Positions 1 to 12,049 of a DNA stretch of 51,223 nucleotides are shown here, one piece after another (the stretch's first letter is position 1; every line of letters begins with the position of its first letter). The stretch spans positions 57,281,822-57,333,044 of the forward strand of contig NC_068993.1 in NCBI RefSeq assembly GCF_001194135.2, in the 5' to 3' direction. A model generated the notes under the pieces. The model was not told where the DNA came from. It worked only from the letters and a program-made list of their open reading frames with translations, and ran no database searches. A program made the position numbers and the translations under genes. This DNA is from Octopus bimaculoides (taxonomy: Eukaryota).

Positions 1-494
1 TCTAAATGCATGCGTGTAAGTGTGCGTGCACATGCGTGTGTGTATGTGTATGCATGTGTGTATATGCATGTGTGTATATGCATGTGTGTATATGCATGTG
101 TGTGTGTTTGTGCCTGCACATGCCTACTACGTATACACATTTCGGTTTGTGGATACGTGTTTGAGGTTATCTGTATATTCATTTGCGTCTGCATCTGCAT
201 TTGTGTATGCATGCGTATGCATGCGTATGCAGACGATGCTATGTTTATCTGCTGCGTTCTAGAAATGTGTACATGCGAATATACGCGCGTGTAACTATAT
301 GTGTATGTCTACACATCTTTATTCATGAGGTTCATGAATGTGTTCCTTTATTAATGTCTGTGTCTTTGCAAGAATATATTTGTGTATGTACGTGACTCTG
401 TACTTTGGCCTACGTATAAGTATGAACAAATAACATTCTTGCCTGTTCATGTATATATGTGTGTGTGTTTGTGTGTATGTGTGTGCATGAGTGA

Positions 495-538
<44 letters not shown>

Positions 539-564
539 TTGTGTGTGTGTGTGTGTATGTATTA

Positions 565-610
<46 letters not shown>

Positions 611-855
611 TTGTGTGTGTGTGTGTGTATGTATTAGTGTATATATATATATATATATATATTGTATTAGATATATATTTATATACTGTATGATATATAT
701 ATATGAATATATATATGTATATGTAAATATACAAATACATACATATGTATATATATATGTATATGTAAATATATAAATATATATGTATATATATGTATAT
801 GTAAAAATATACATATATATATATGTATGTATATATGTGTGTGTGTGTATATATA
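1..855. repeat. Compound (TG)n/(TA)n/(TATG)n microsatellite with an internal ~70-bp higher-order duplication (~490-660)
   Basis: Directly visible dinucleotide arrays running into the first gap. Confidence 0.95.
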
Positions 856-1691
856 NNNNNNNNNNNNNNNNNNNNNNNNNNNNNNNNNNNNNNNNNNNNN
901 NNNNNNNNNNNNNNNNNNNNNNNNNNNNNNNNNNNNNNNNNNNNNNNNNNNNNNNNNNNNNNNNNNNNNNNNNNNNNNNNNNNNNNNNNNNNNNNNNNNN
1001 NNNNNNNNNNNNNNNNNNNNNNNNNNNNNNNNNNNNNNNNNNNNNNNNNNNNNNNNNNNNNNNNNNNNNNNNNNNNNNNNNNNNNNNNNNNNNNNNNNNN
1101 NNNNNNNNNNNNNNNNNNNNNNNNNNNNNNNNNNNNNNNNNNNNNNNNNNNNNNNNNNNNNNNNNNNNNNNNNNNNNNNNNNNNNNNNNNNNNNNNNNNN
1201 NNNNNNNNNNNNNNNNNNNNNNNNNNNNNNNNNNNNNNNNNNNNNNNNNNNNNNNNNNNNNNNNNNNNNNNNNNNNNNNNNNNNNNNNNNNNNNNNNNNN
1301 NNNNNNNNNNNNNNNNNNNNNNNNNNNNNNNNNNNNNNNNNNNNNNNNNNNNNNNNNNNNNNNNNNNNNNNNNNNNNNNNNNNNNNNNNNNNNNNNNNNN
1401 NNNNNNNNNNNNNNNNNNNNNNNNNNNNNNNNNNNNNNNNNNNNNNNNNNNNNNNNNNNNNNNNNNNNNNNNNNNNNNNNNNNNNNNNNNNNNNNNNNNN
1501 NNNNNNNNNNNNNNNNNNNNNNNNNNNNNNNNNNNNNNNNNNNNNNNNNNNNNNNNNNNNNNNNNNNNNNNNNNNNNNNNNNNNNNNNNNNNNNNNNNNN
1601 NNNNNNNNNNNNNNNNNNNNNNNNNNNNNNNNNNNNNNNNNNNNNNNNNNNNNNNNNNNCCCATACGCACTTATTTAAAGTGTCCAGTCGC

Positions 1692-1738
1692 TTACGACTG
1701 ACGAGACTCAATAAATCGAAACACCCAGTGTCTCAGAA
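1692..1738 (+). ncRNA. Type I hammerhead ribozyme motif with degenerate stems I and II
   Basis: CTGACGA core 1698-1704; G..C-closed stem II 1705-1717; GAAA 1718-1721; stem III ACAC/GTGT (1721-1724 with 1728-1731, loop CCA); GUC cleavage triplet with C17 at 1732; stem I TTACGA/TCAGAA pairs 4 of 6. Confidence 0.55.
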
Positions 1739-3799
1739 CAACTTGCACTGATGACTCGATTGTGTTATTTACCTATAGTCAATCTAGACGAGACGCCATT
1801 TTTCCTGTTACGACGTTCCACCTTAAAACGATATTTTCTTATGGGTACAGTATTTTGCTTATATGGAATTTTTCTTTCATTTTCTTTTTAATAAATCTGT
1901 TATTGCTTATGTTGTTTTTGATGTTGATGTTGTTGTTTATGTTTTGTTCGTTGTTGTAGTTATTAGTGAAATCCGCTCTTGTTCCGTACCGAATCGTGAA
2001 ACGATCCCTCCCTTGTGGTATCTAAGCAACTACACATTCTGTCACAGATCTGATGACTTCCTTTTTGATTCTGTGTAGGCTGATAACAACGAATCACCCC
2101 TTACATTCAAAACGTAAGGTTGTAATTCTGACCGAGATATGTTTTTTTTATATATGCCTCTATTGTGAACTGTGTAGCTTTGCTAAGTCTCGGAAGAAGT
2201 AATCATGCGATTCGTTGGATACTATCCTCTTGTAGGATGGGAAGAGTTCCTTTTTCAGCTTTACAATCTATATTTCTTTCATGTAGGCAAGTGCCTACAG
2301 AACATGTAGAAGAAAAACATAAACAAAATGGCAAATCAAAACGTCAAAGAAGAAACAAGAAAAGACAGTACCTAACCTGCTCCTTTAGAACTACAATTTT
2401 CCCCTACATCAATCTACAGGTAGGCCCATCACATCAATATTTTTAGTTCTCAAGATCGATACAGGCTGCTATGAGAATTTGTTCGTGTATTTGTGTTCGA
2501 GCGAGTGTATGTGTGTCAGTATGAATGTATGTGTTTGCGTGTCTATGCGTGTGTGTGCCTGTGTCTTTGTTTGAGAACGTACACGCGCGCGTGTGGGTGT
2601 AGAATCAAATGATTACCTATCCTACAGTCAAGGAAATATCTCAATGCTATAGTGATTATAGACAAAGCGGTTTATAAATCCGATTTTGGTGTCTGTTGAC
2701 GCATTGAAGATATGAAGACGAAAGCAAAATCGTCCCACGTATTTACTGGAGAAATCGGCATTTTATGTCATCATAAGAGAAATCTATCGAAATATTGAAA
2801 CGTATTATAGATCAAGTGAAAACAGACCACAAAATGTACTAACACCCTTTTACGATCTCTGCAGAAGAATGGTATTAAAATGACGTCTGCAAAATTCCGT
2901 CTTTCGTCAAAATGTTGAAGTGTATCAAAAGTCTTTAGCTAGTTTTCAAATCTTTAATTGGGAAAAAAGTTTTTATTTGCAAAAGGAAACTAATAGTTGT
3001 AGCAATACAAAGTACTCACACACACATACATACACATGCAGACACATACACGCATACATATATATGTGCGCGCGTAGATATGGGTGTGTGGGTGGATGTG
3101 GAGTCTTGTACGCACAACACAAACACAAACGCAAACAGACACATACATAAACACATATAAGTATATATGTGTATGTGTATGCATGTTTGTATGTACGTGT
3201 GTGTGTAAATATTTCTGGATATGCTACATTTGCAATTATAAGGCAGATATAAACCCGCTGAATTCATGCTGCTTATTTTATTAAAATATTGGTATTTCAA
3301 TATTTACGTGATCACTACTCTGACTTCTCTCGTGATATTACAACAACAACAACAACAACCACCACAATATGGATTTTTGGGGGAGACAATTCTTATTTCA
3401 TGAACGTGGGAGATAATACTTATTCACCTCCTCATAAAGAAGGACGCTAATAATTTCTTTCAGTGTTTTAATTGAATTGTGGAGCACGCATTTCTATTGG
3501 ATTTAACGTATATGGTGGTTCACCATTATATATATANNNNNNNNNNNNNNNNNNNNNNNNNNNNNNNNNNNNNNNNNNNNNNNNNNNNNNNNNNNNNNNN
3601 NNNNNNNNNNNNNNNNNNNNNNNNNNNNNNNNNNNNNNNNNNNNNNNNNNNNNNNNNNNNNNNNNNNNNNNNNNNNNNNNNNNNNNNNNNNNNNNNNNNN
3701 NNNNNNNNNNNNNNNNNNNNNNNNNNNNNNNNNNNNNNNNNNNNNNNNNNNNNNNNNNNNNATATATATTTGTTGATGCAACATCTAAAAGGTTCTGTT

Positions 3800-4230
3800 T
3801 AATGATACGGGAAATATATAGCGATTTTTCGAAAATGAGACATGCACTGTTAGTTTGGATTCCAAACATTATTTTAAAAGGAATAACGATTTTGATAGAG
3901 TCTGTTCTTAAATTGGTTTGCAATCGTACGAATATAATCAATATCAGTACCATTAATATCAGCGGTGACAGACTCTGTCTACTTACGTAGTTTTCCCAGG
4001 CAGTTTCCATTTACTGTTTAAAGTGTTTGAGATTGGCGATTGAATTTCCTTGTTTTAAAATTGAGTCATTTTGGTTTAATGCACGGTTGGAATTGTTCGT
4101 CTTTAAGATTGAATGTTGCATCTAAGGACTTCATCATTTTAAAATTACTACTGACTGTAATCATTATATTCAGGTCGTTGAAGTGTTCGGTTAGGTCTAT
4201 CATGAATTACCTGCTTGATGCGCGTTTGTA
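3800..4230 (-). mobile_element. Decayed Penelope-like element: RT C-terminal segment joined to a GIY-YIG endonuclease remnant
   Basis: Manual minus-strand translation gives DLNIMITVSSNFKMMKSLDATFNLKDEQFQPCIKP (cf. PLE L.I.V..N.K..NFLDVTFNL....F.PY.KP), then NGNCL and YIRTIANQFKNRLYQNRYSF (cf. CPL.G.CL...YIG.T...FK.R..NH..SF), with stops. Confidence 0.6.
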
Positions 4231-4321
4231 TTTCAAAATATTTTCCACACCATTAACGGATAAAATCTTCTCACAACAGTCGATTAACCATTAAAAGTGT
4301 ACATCAAGGATAGGATATATA

Positions 4322-4370
<49 letters not shown>

Positions 4371-6058
4371 AATATATATATATATATATAGTAATTATAT
4401 ATACATACATGCACTCACATAACACATATATAGGTTTATATATATATATACAAGTATACATGCATGTATGTGTATATACATAATATATATACATGCACAT
4501 ATATATACGCGCGTGCGTTACACATACCGTCCTACTACATGAAGGAGTTGTCCTAGTTTTAAGTATTGGAACCACAGCTGAATTGGATTTTCGTTTCTCA
4601 AAATGGCAGACCGACATTTGGCAGTTATTGCTTGAACGAAAGACAACTCATAGAAGCTTTTCCATCAGTTCATGCTATGGTCAGCTGGAAAGGAGCAAGG
4701 ATTCTCTCAAAACTTTGCAGATATAGTTTATCCTTAACTCTTCTCTTGATAACCTTAATACTACAAAACAAAACATGTAATTTTCGGAACAGGGTACCCC
4801 AATATCACTATCGCATCAGTGTGTGAATGGTTGCATAATTATAAGACACGTCGCTGTAATTCATAATATACATTTCCCAGAAGTCTTTCACGTACAGACT
4901 GACATTTCTTATTATACATTAAGTTGTTGCTGACGTTATACAGCCCAAGGTCAGCTCTGATCGATCAAGCAGTAATTGTGTCAATCTTATTCTCATTTAT
5001 GTTCGTAATGTGTTAGAACAAAGATAAATAAGTTAACTCTTTTCCTTCGTTTTACATGACGTGCATATATCTTCAGTTAAAGGTTCTATTTGTGATAATT
5101 CAGAGACACAATCAGACAGAAATACTCAAGAACAGCTATTTCAATTTGAATTGCCTCCCAGCAAGTATTCTGAAAGAAATGGTTTAAACAAGAAAACCAG
5201 AAGTAGTAGTTGCTTCCTTTCTCTCATTGCACGATATATATANNNNNNNNNNNNNNNNNNNNNNNNNNNNNNNNNNNNNNNNNNNNNNNNNNNNNNNNNN
5301 NNNNNNNNNNNNNNNNNNNNNNNNNNNNNNNNNNNNNNNNNNNNNNNNNNNNNNNNNNNNNNNNNNNNNNNNNNNNNNNNNNNNNNNNNNNNNNNNNNNN
5401 NNNNNNNNNNNNNNNNNNNNNNNNNNNNNNNNNNATATATATATATATATATATAGTACACATACGTACACAAGCACACACGAAGCCGCACATACACGCA
5501 CACACTCACATATATAATCATACATGTGTAGCGAGTATGTATACGTATATATCCATGTCTTGAGCGACGTATCTAATTATTCATTTAATCCATTACAGCT
5601 TTTTACATGCGAAAAAAGGTTACCCAGAACTTTGAAAGCTCCGTGTTAGCATAAATCTGACTCGGATGAAATATGATTAAAATATATTTTTTGGGTTATT
5701 CCCCTACAAAAGAACCCTTCGCTGCAACATTCACAAACATGCATACACTAAAATCTTGTTTCTATTGAAAAGACACGAAATAACATGTGATCAGTTTCTA
5801 TCCTTCTTCCTTTTTCACCTGTGTTTTAAATGCCAAAGTTAATTATAAATGCGTCAGTCAGTATAATTTCTTTCAAACTATATTACGAAAACATTTCTTT
5901 TGAGAAAACTTATGTTTATAATTGTGTTTTCACACATATAAATACATAAAATAATAGAATTACTACCCATATGTTACAAAGTGAAAGTCGTTTTAATTAA
6001 ACGAAAGATATGCGATCACATGTATACAAGCATTTTACTCCTTTTCAAACTTGTCCAG

Positions 6059-6064
<6 letters not shown>

Positions 6065-6130
<66 letters not shown>

Positions 6131-6175
6131 GTATGTATGTGTGTGTGTATGTGTATGTCTCAACGTGTGTAAGTG
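6065..6175. repeat. (CA)n microsatellite followed by (TG)-rich repeat
   Basis: Visible array. Confidence 0.95.
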
Positions 6176-6247
6176 TGTATGGATGCTAGTTCTTACAGAA
6201 ACATGGAAGTTTACACGTTCCAATTTTAGAGTATATTCTTTTCCACT

Positions 6248-6439
6248 CTAGGTACGAGGCTCGACATTTTGGGGTAGAGCTCCAGTCGATTAGATCGACT
6301 CCAGTACGTAACTGGTACTTAATTTATCAACCCCGAAAGGATGAAGGGCAAAGTCGACCTCGGCGGCATTTGAATTCAGAACGTAAAGAATGATGAAATA
6401 CCGCTAAACATTTCGCTAGGGACGCTAATGATTCTGCCA
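6248..6439 (-). mobile_element. tRNA-derived SINE, family 1, tail variant B
   Basis: Reverse complement shows TGGCAGAATC A-box-like head, B-box-like TTCAAAT, and the GAGGTCGACTTTGCC...AAGTACCAG body shared with copies at 20425, 41750 and 44471. Confidence 0.85.
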
Positions 6440-6989
6440 ATACATATATATATATCTTCAGGCAGAGTTTTGGATTTTAATTAAAAATAATTTCCTTCTC
6501 ACCTATTCTTGTGATAGCCTGAAAGTAACTTTGAGTTGTTCATGCCGAAGGTAGTGTTGGGAGGGGAGGGAAAAAAACCAAAAAAAAAAACCGAAAAACA
6601 TCCGATATCATTGATTTCATCTACGTAGACGGTACTTTTTTTTTTTTTTCAAATACAAAAATTTGTTTCTATTAGAGATTTTGATACCTCGGTAATCGAA
6701 ATTGAAGTACTCTTCGATGAGGAATTCCAATAAAATTGCATCACGTGTATACATGTTACTATAGCAACCAAAGATTAGAGTCAGCAGCTAACTCTATGTA
6801 CCTGTAATGAAATCAAATTTTGATTGAAATCACATTTTGAATTACTGTAATTTCGATAGCTTTATGCCATCGACCAAAATATTTTCATTAATACTAATGA
6901 TTTTTCTTCATATTTGCTATTAGGGCTGAATTTCAATAAATTAAAAATTATTTTTAACTCACAGAGTTCAGTTAACCTGAATATATTTC

Positions 6990-7095
6990 TATTCTTTTCT
7001 TCTGATACTTGTTTCCGTCATTTCCTCGCGGCCATAATGGAGCACCGACTTTAGTCGAGCCAAATCGATCCCAGGACTTATTTTTTGTAAGCGTA
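6990..7095 (-). mobile_element. SINE family 2, 3' fragment
   Basis: Homologous to 7375-7470 (GGCCAT.ATGGAGCACC...TAGTCGAGC...ATCGA.CCCAGGACTTAT). Confidence 0.75.
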
Positions 7096-7342
7096 GCACA
7101 ACGCTATCTCAAACCAAATCAACGTAAACGAACCCAGCAGGCGTCGCTGCTAACCTCCCCTGTTCCAAGATTATAATGGACACAAGTTCGTGTGACACAT
7201 AGCTAGTTAGAGGCGATGGACTCTTGGAGCTAATCAACGGCAGAATTCGTCATATTTTTTCTGGACTGCCATGTTAGCTTGGCGATAATTATTAATATGT
7301 ATATGTGTATATATATATATATATACAACGAAAATCATTTAT

Positions 7343-7754
7343 CTCTTTTACTCTTTTACTCTTTTACTCTTTTACTTGTTTCAGTCATGTGACTTTGGCC
7401 ATGCTGGAGCACCACCTTTTTAGTCGAGCTGATCGACCCCAGGACTTATTCTTCGTAAGCCTAGTACTTATTATATCGGTCTCTTTTGCCGAACCGCTAA
7501 TTTAAGGGGACGTAAACACACCATCATCGGTTGTCGAGTGATGTTGGGGGGACGAACACAGACACACAAGCATNNNNNNNNNNATATATACGACGAGCTT
7601 CTTTTAGTTTCCGTCTACCAAATCCACTCACAAGGCTTTGGTCAGTCCGAGGCTATAGTAGAAAACAGTTGCCCAAGGTGCTAAGCAGTGGGACTGAACC
7701 TAGAACCATGTGATTGGTAAGCAAGCTACTTACCACGCAGCCACTTTTGCGCCT
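7343..7754 (-). mobile_element. Full-length SINE family 2: tRNA-like head, CORE-like CCTTGGGCAA segment, internal microsatellite, (TAAAAGAG)4 tail
   Basis: Head AGGCGC...TGGCTGCGTGGTAAG and GGTTCAGTCCC B-box-like on minus strand; four tandem 8-mers at 7343-7374; internal CA/TA repeat coincides with a 10-N gap. Confidence 0.85.
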
Positions 7755-8435
7755 AAATTAATATACACCAACCTATTCGCAAATAAACAAATACATACAC
7801 ACACATTCAAAAACAGTGATGCAGAGAACATGAGAGATAGACAGGTAGAAATATTATCTGAGTTGTAATGACTTTCTAATAAAAGTCTATAAAAAAACAT
7901 TGTTAAATGTTTATAAGAAACATAAAATAACTATTTAAAAACATATTTTTCTGTGAGGTTGTATGTACTTTCAAATGTATGACTTCATTTTTCTGCAATT
8001 AGATATACAAGTCATATATACATACATACACCCCCCCACACACACTCACACACACACACACNNNNNNNNNNNNNNNNNNNNNNNNNNNNNNNNNNNNNNN
8101 NNNNNNNNNNNNNNNNNNNNNNNNNNNNNNNNNNNNNNNNNNNNNNNNNNNNNNNNNNNNNNNNNNNNNNNNNNNNNNNNNNNNNNNNNNNNNNNNNNNN
8201 NNNNNNNNNNNNNNNNNNNNNNNNNNNNNNNNNNNNNNNNNNNNNNNNNNNNNNNNNNNNNNNNNNNNNNNNNNNNNNNNNNNNNNNNNNNNNATATATA
8301 TATATATATATATATACATATATATACATGTATGTATGTATATATGTATGTAGTATGCGTGTGCGTGTGTGTATGTGTGTATGTGTGTTTGTTTGTACAC
8401 GGGCCCGGCATCAATTCACAAATGATAAAAAAAAA

Positions 8436-8545
8436 ATTGTAGGCTTACAAAGAATAAATGGTGGAGTCGATTTCTCTAACTTAAGGGGATGCTCCAGCAT
8501 GGCCGGAGTCAAAAATGATGACTGTAACGAATAAAAGAATATAAA
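8436..8545 (+). mobile_element. SINE family 2, 3' fragment
   Basis: TAGGCTTACAAAGAATAA...GTCGAT...GCTCCAGCATGGCC...ATGACTG...TAAAAGA matches the reverse complement of 7343-7470. Confidence 0.75.
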
Positions 8546-9061
8546 CATACACATGCAGTCAACGAGAATGTATCGTAGCTCTCCGCCCCGGCATTCGAAA
8601 CTCCGAGTACTATAACGNNNNNNNNNNNNNNNNNNNNNNNNNNNNNNNNNNNNNNNNNNNNNNNNNNNNNNNNNNNNNNNNNNNNNNNNNNNNNNNNNNN
8701 NNNNNNNNNNNNNNNNNNNNNNNNNNNNNNNNNNNNNNNNNNNNNNNNNNNNNNNNNNNNNNNNNNNNNNNNNNNNNNNNNNNNNNNNNNNNNNNNNNNN
8801 NNNNNNNNNNNNNNNNNNNNNNNNNNNNNNNNNNNNTATATATATATATATATGTATATATAAACGTATATTAATGCTTTTCTTTTTTGGCCCCATTTTT
8901 TGTATAATTTTTAACTTGTCACAATTACCAGCCAAAAACTGGCCACTGATGAATACAGTATCTCATACGTCATATACGAAATACGTGATCAGTGACATAT
9001 TTTCTCCTCTGTGCGTGGGTGTAGCTATGTGTGTGTGTGAGATTTCTTTGAGCCTTACCCT

Positions 9062-9210
9062 CGCTTGACAACCGGCAGAATTAGGCCCAGGTGTTAATTA
9101 AAATTAAGTACTGGGATTGATTAAATACAAAAAGAGATGGGGTTGAAACATTCGACTAAATCCCTTCATAATTGAGCTCCAGCGTTACCACATATGACTG
9201 AAAGAAGTAA
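9062..9210 (+). mobile_element. SINE family 2, degenerate 3' fragment
   Basis: CTTGACAACCG...AAGTACTGGG...TTCGACTAAA...GCTCCAGC...ATGACTGAAA.AAGTAAA. Confidence 0.55.
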
Positions 9211-10554
9211 AGGACATAAATGTCAAATGCCTTGTTGTTAAATGCATAGAAAAGTGTGAAACACTGACAAACAAAGAGGACCCGACCCACAAAACGCAGA
9301 AATATGTAGCATTCCAATTTGTGAATTCCTCGGAGACCACGAAATGTCAGAACATTTGAAAAGAAATCTATTTGATTAGAATATTAATATTGAAAAATTC
9401 ACTTCACGAAAGACCTGAAAATGTTTGAAATCTCTAAGACTATATATATATATATTTATACATATATGTGTTTGCGTTGTGTGTGTGCGTGTGTGTGTGT
9501 GTATGTGTGTGTGCGTGTGGTATGTAATATGACAGTTTTCTACATACCTTCGCACTCTAAAAGTCATACAGTAGTTACTTTCCCAAGATATTGCGGTGTG
9601 AAGCTGAACCTGAAATCACTTGGCTGCACCGCGCATTTGCTAACAGTACAACGTTGCTTGCATACAAAATCGTAAGTCCATTTAAAGATGACATTCGTAT
9701 TTACAAATTACTTATTTCAGGTATTGTAATATTTAGCAGTTTATCAAAGAGATCATAGCGGTGCCCACCACCTTTATTGTCACTGCCTGCAAGACTCAGA
9801 TTGAAGTGAAGAGGACGTCAAACTTAAACCAGAGACCAGTTTCTGATGCCATCGACAATGTGAACTCCCTGCTGGTGGGGTATTAAATCTGCCATCCAAG
9901 AACTCAGAACAAATACTACAGAACTTTTCGGCCTATGCACTAATTATCCTGTTGAATTACATTCTCTTACAAAATCTTACAGATCAAAAAATAAAAGAAA
10001 CTTTAAAACATACATCAATATGAATAAAACAGCATTCTAAATTAAGTTCACGTTGGATTATAGAGGTGAATGTCTGATAAAATGTCAACCTTATTTAACA
10101 TTGAAAGATATCAAGGAGACCTTTTTGGGTAATCTCATGTGTAAAGTAATTATTTCGTCAGAAATTGAATTAAGAAAAATTAGTAAAATGATTTTAAGTT
10201 AGGGAATATAAAAAATTTACAAGACACTGCTTTACGTTCGTAAAATAACGGTATGTCAGTAACCAAACGTTTTAATAGCTTACAGGATAAACATAAAACT
10301 AAATTCGACTTGACATAGTGGAAGTATATCCATTCTGTGCTTTTATATATTTCGAATGATGTCGTTCGTTCTCTAATATGAAGAATATTGGTATTAAAGA
10401 TATAATGAATACTGGAAAATGTTTCTTCTATTTCGGCGGTAATGGCATTTTCGATGTTGCTACGTTAAATATGGTGGGGAAAAGATTTTCGATTTTGGAG
10501 AAGTAATTGTTATGTACACTGTTTAAACAAAACAGAGATCTGAACATATCCCAA

Positions 10555-11335
10555 CTCTAAAGTGATTTAAAACCGGGAACGGAGGCTCTAATCTGGGCTG
10601 CCCAAGAGGAAGCACTAAGGACAAATTAATCAAATACAGAATAGACAACACATCAGAAAGTGATAAACGCAGAATCTGTGGGTAAAATGGTGAAAGCGTA
10701 TCGCATACTACCAGTCAATGTTACGCCACGAGTCCAGAAGGAATGTAAGAGACGTCACGACAATATCGCAAGGGTTGTCTATTGGACAATTTGCAACGAG
10801 TATGGACTTGACAGAGCCAAAAAGTGGTACGAACATAAACCCGAAGACATCATGGAATATGATAATGCAAAGATTCTATGGGATTTTATGATTCAGTGCG
10901 ACCATGAGATAAAGAATACTAAACTAGACATAGTGTTAATTGAGAAAGAAAGCAAACGATCCTGGATCATAGATATAGCACGCTCAGCTGACAGCAAGTT
11001 ATGCGATAAGGAAGAAAGAAAAGTCGATAGACATAACAGGTTAGTTCGGGAGGTTAAGCAGTTGTGGTCGATGAAAAAAGCGGTAGTAGTACCAATAATT
11101 GTTGGCGCTCTGAGAACAGAGAGTAAAAATCTTGGGAAGTACATGGAACGAATAGGGGCTGCAATAAGGGTGGAACACTAGCAGCAAACAGCACTGCTTG
11201 GAACCGCTCGAATACACCAGATGGTGCTCGAAAAATAAGAGGTGTTACGTTAGTTGACTGTTAGTGAACAGCTGACACCGTACTATATTTGCAGCGTTAG
11301 AAGCTATGTAAATACAATAGATAATAATAATAATG

Positions 11336-11384
<49 letters not shown>
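10555..11384 (+). mobile_element. 5'-truncated R4/Dong-clade non-LTR retrotransposon (CCHC knuckle + restriction-like endonuclease), ending in (TAA)n
   Basis: Frameshifted DLKPGTEALIWAAQEEALRTN...DKRRICG*NGESVSH (zinc knuckle); ORF 10660-11181 with RRHDNIARVVYW, WYEHKP, ILWDFMIQCDHEI, DIVLIEK, WIIDIA, LWSMKKAVVVPIIVGAL, then *QQTALLGTARI; (TAA)n at ~11322-11384. Confidence 0.88.
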
Positions 11385-11610
11385 GGAATGATAAAAATGT
11401 TACTGAAACCTATTTGAAAATGATACCAGGCTTACCATCCCTACACGAAGTGCAAAAGATCTTGTTAACTAGAACGACTCATGTACTGAGAAGAGGAACA
11501 TTTCACAATCCCTATATATAGTCTAATAAGCATAAAATATGCTTTCCAGAGTGTACAGTAGCAATTAAGATAATTAATATGATTATTAATTGTAATAATA
11601 AATCATAACT
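11385..11610 (+). mobile_element. Extreme 3' end of a second, distinct R4/Dong-like element
   Basis: Translation TYLKMIPGLPSLHEVQKILLTRTTHVLRR aligns with the C-terminal helix of the first element (KYMERIG...QQTALLGTARIHQMVL); followed by a short UTR and a degenerate TAA-rich tail. Confidence 0.6.
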
Positions 11611-11619
11611 ATGGCTTCA

Positions 11620-11775
11620 CATTTTGGCAAAATGTCAGTAATTTGTGGGGAGGAATATGTGGATTAAGCAGCCACCAGTGCTCAACTGGTACTTATATTA
11701 TCAATGCTGAAAGAATGGCAGGTGAAGTCGGCCTCAGCGGAATTTGAACTCTGAACGTAAAGATAGATTACCGCC
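11620..11775 (-). mobile_element. SINE family 1, degenerate
   Basis: CCAGTGCTCAACTGGTACTTAT...GTCGGCCTCAGCGGAATTTGAACTCTGAACGTAAAG matches family 1. Confidence 0.7.
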
Positions 11776-12049
11776 CTAGATAATTATAATAATTAATAGA
11801 ATTAGTAACGATGATTACACACACGCACACATACACGCAGACACACAAACACACACATATATATTTATAGAACTAAACTTTAAAAAATGTAGATTAAGAC
11901 ACTGTTGATGGAAAGAACATGTTTAATAAGTGATTTCTTTAACTCCAGCTTTTCAAACGCATTTAGTGTATGGCAATTCGTATAGCAGTTATTGTATGGT
12001 AGAAGTTGTCAATATTTTTGGTTTAGTTTTCTGATTGAGAATTGCATAA

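Noticed and set aside
8560-8617. GC-rich gap edge with a T-loop-like GTTTCGAAT on the minus strand
   Set aside because: Too short and cut by the gap; cannot be assigned.
8944-8994. CTGATGA…GAAAT…ATC within the inverted repeat CACTGAT/ATCAGTG, hammerhead-like
   Set aside because: The pairing consumes the core nucleotides, and stems I and III cannot form in the required register.
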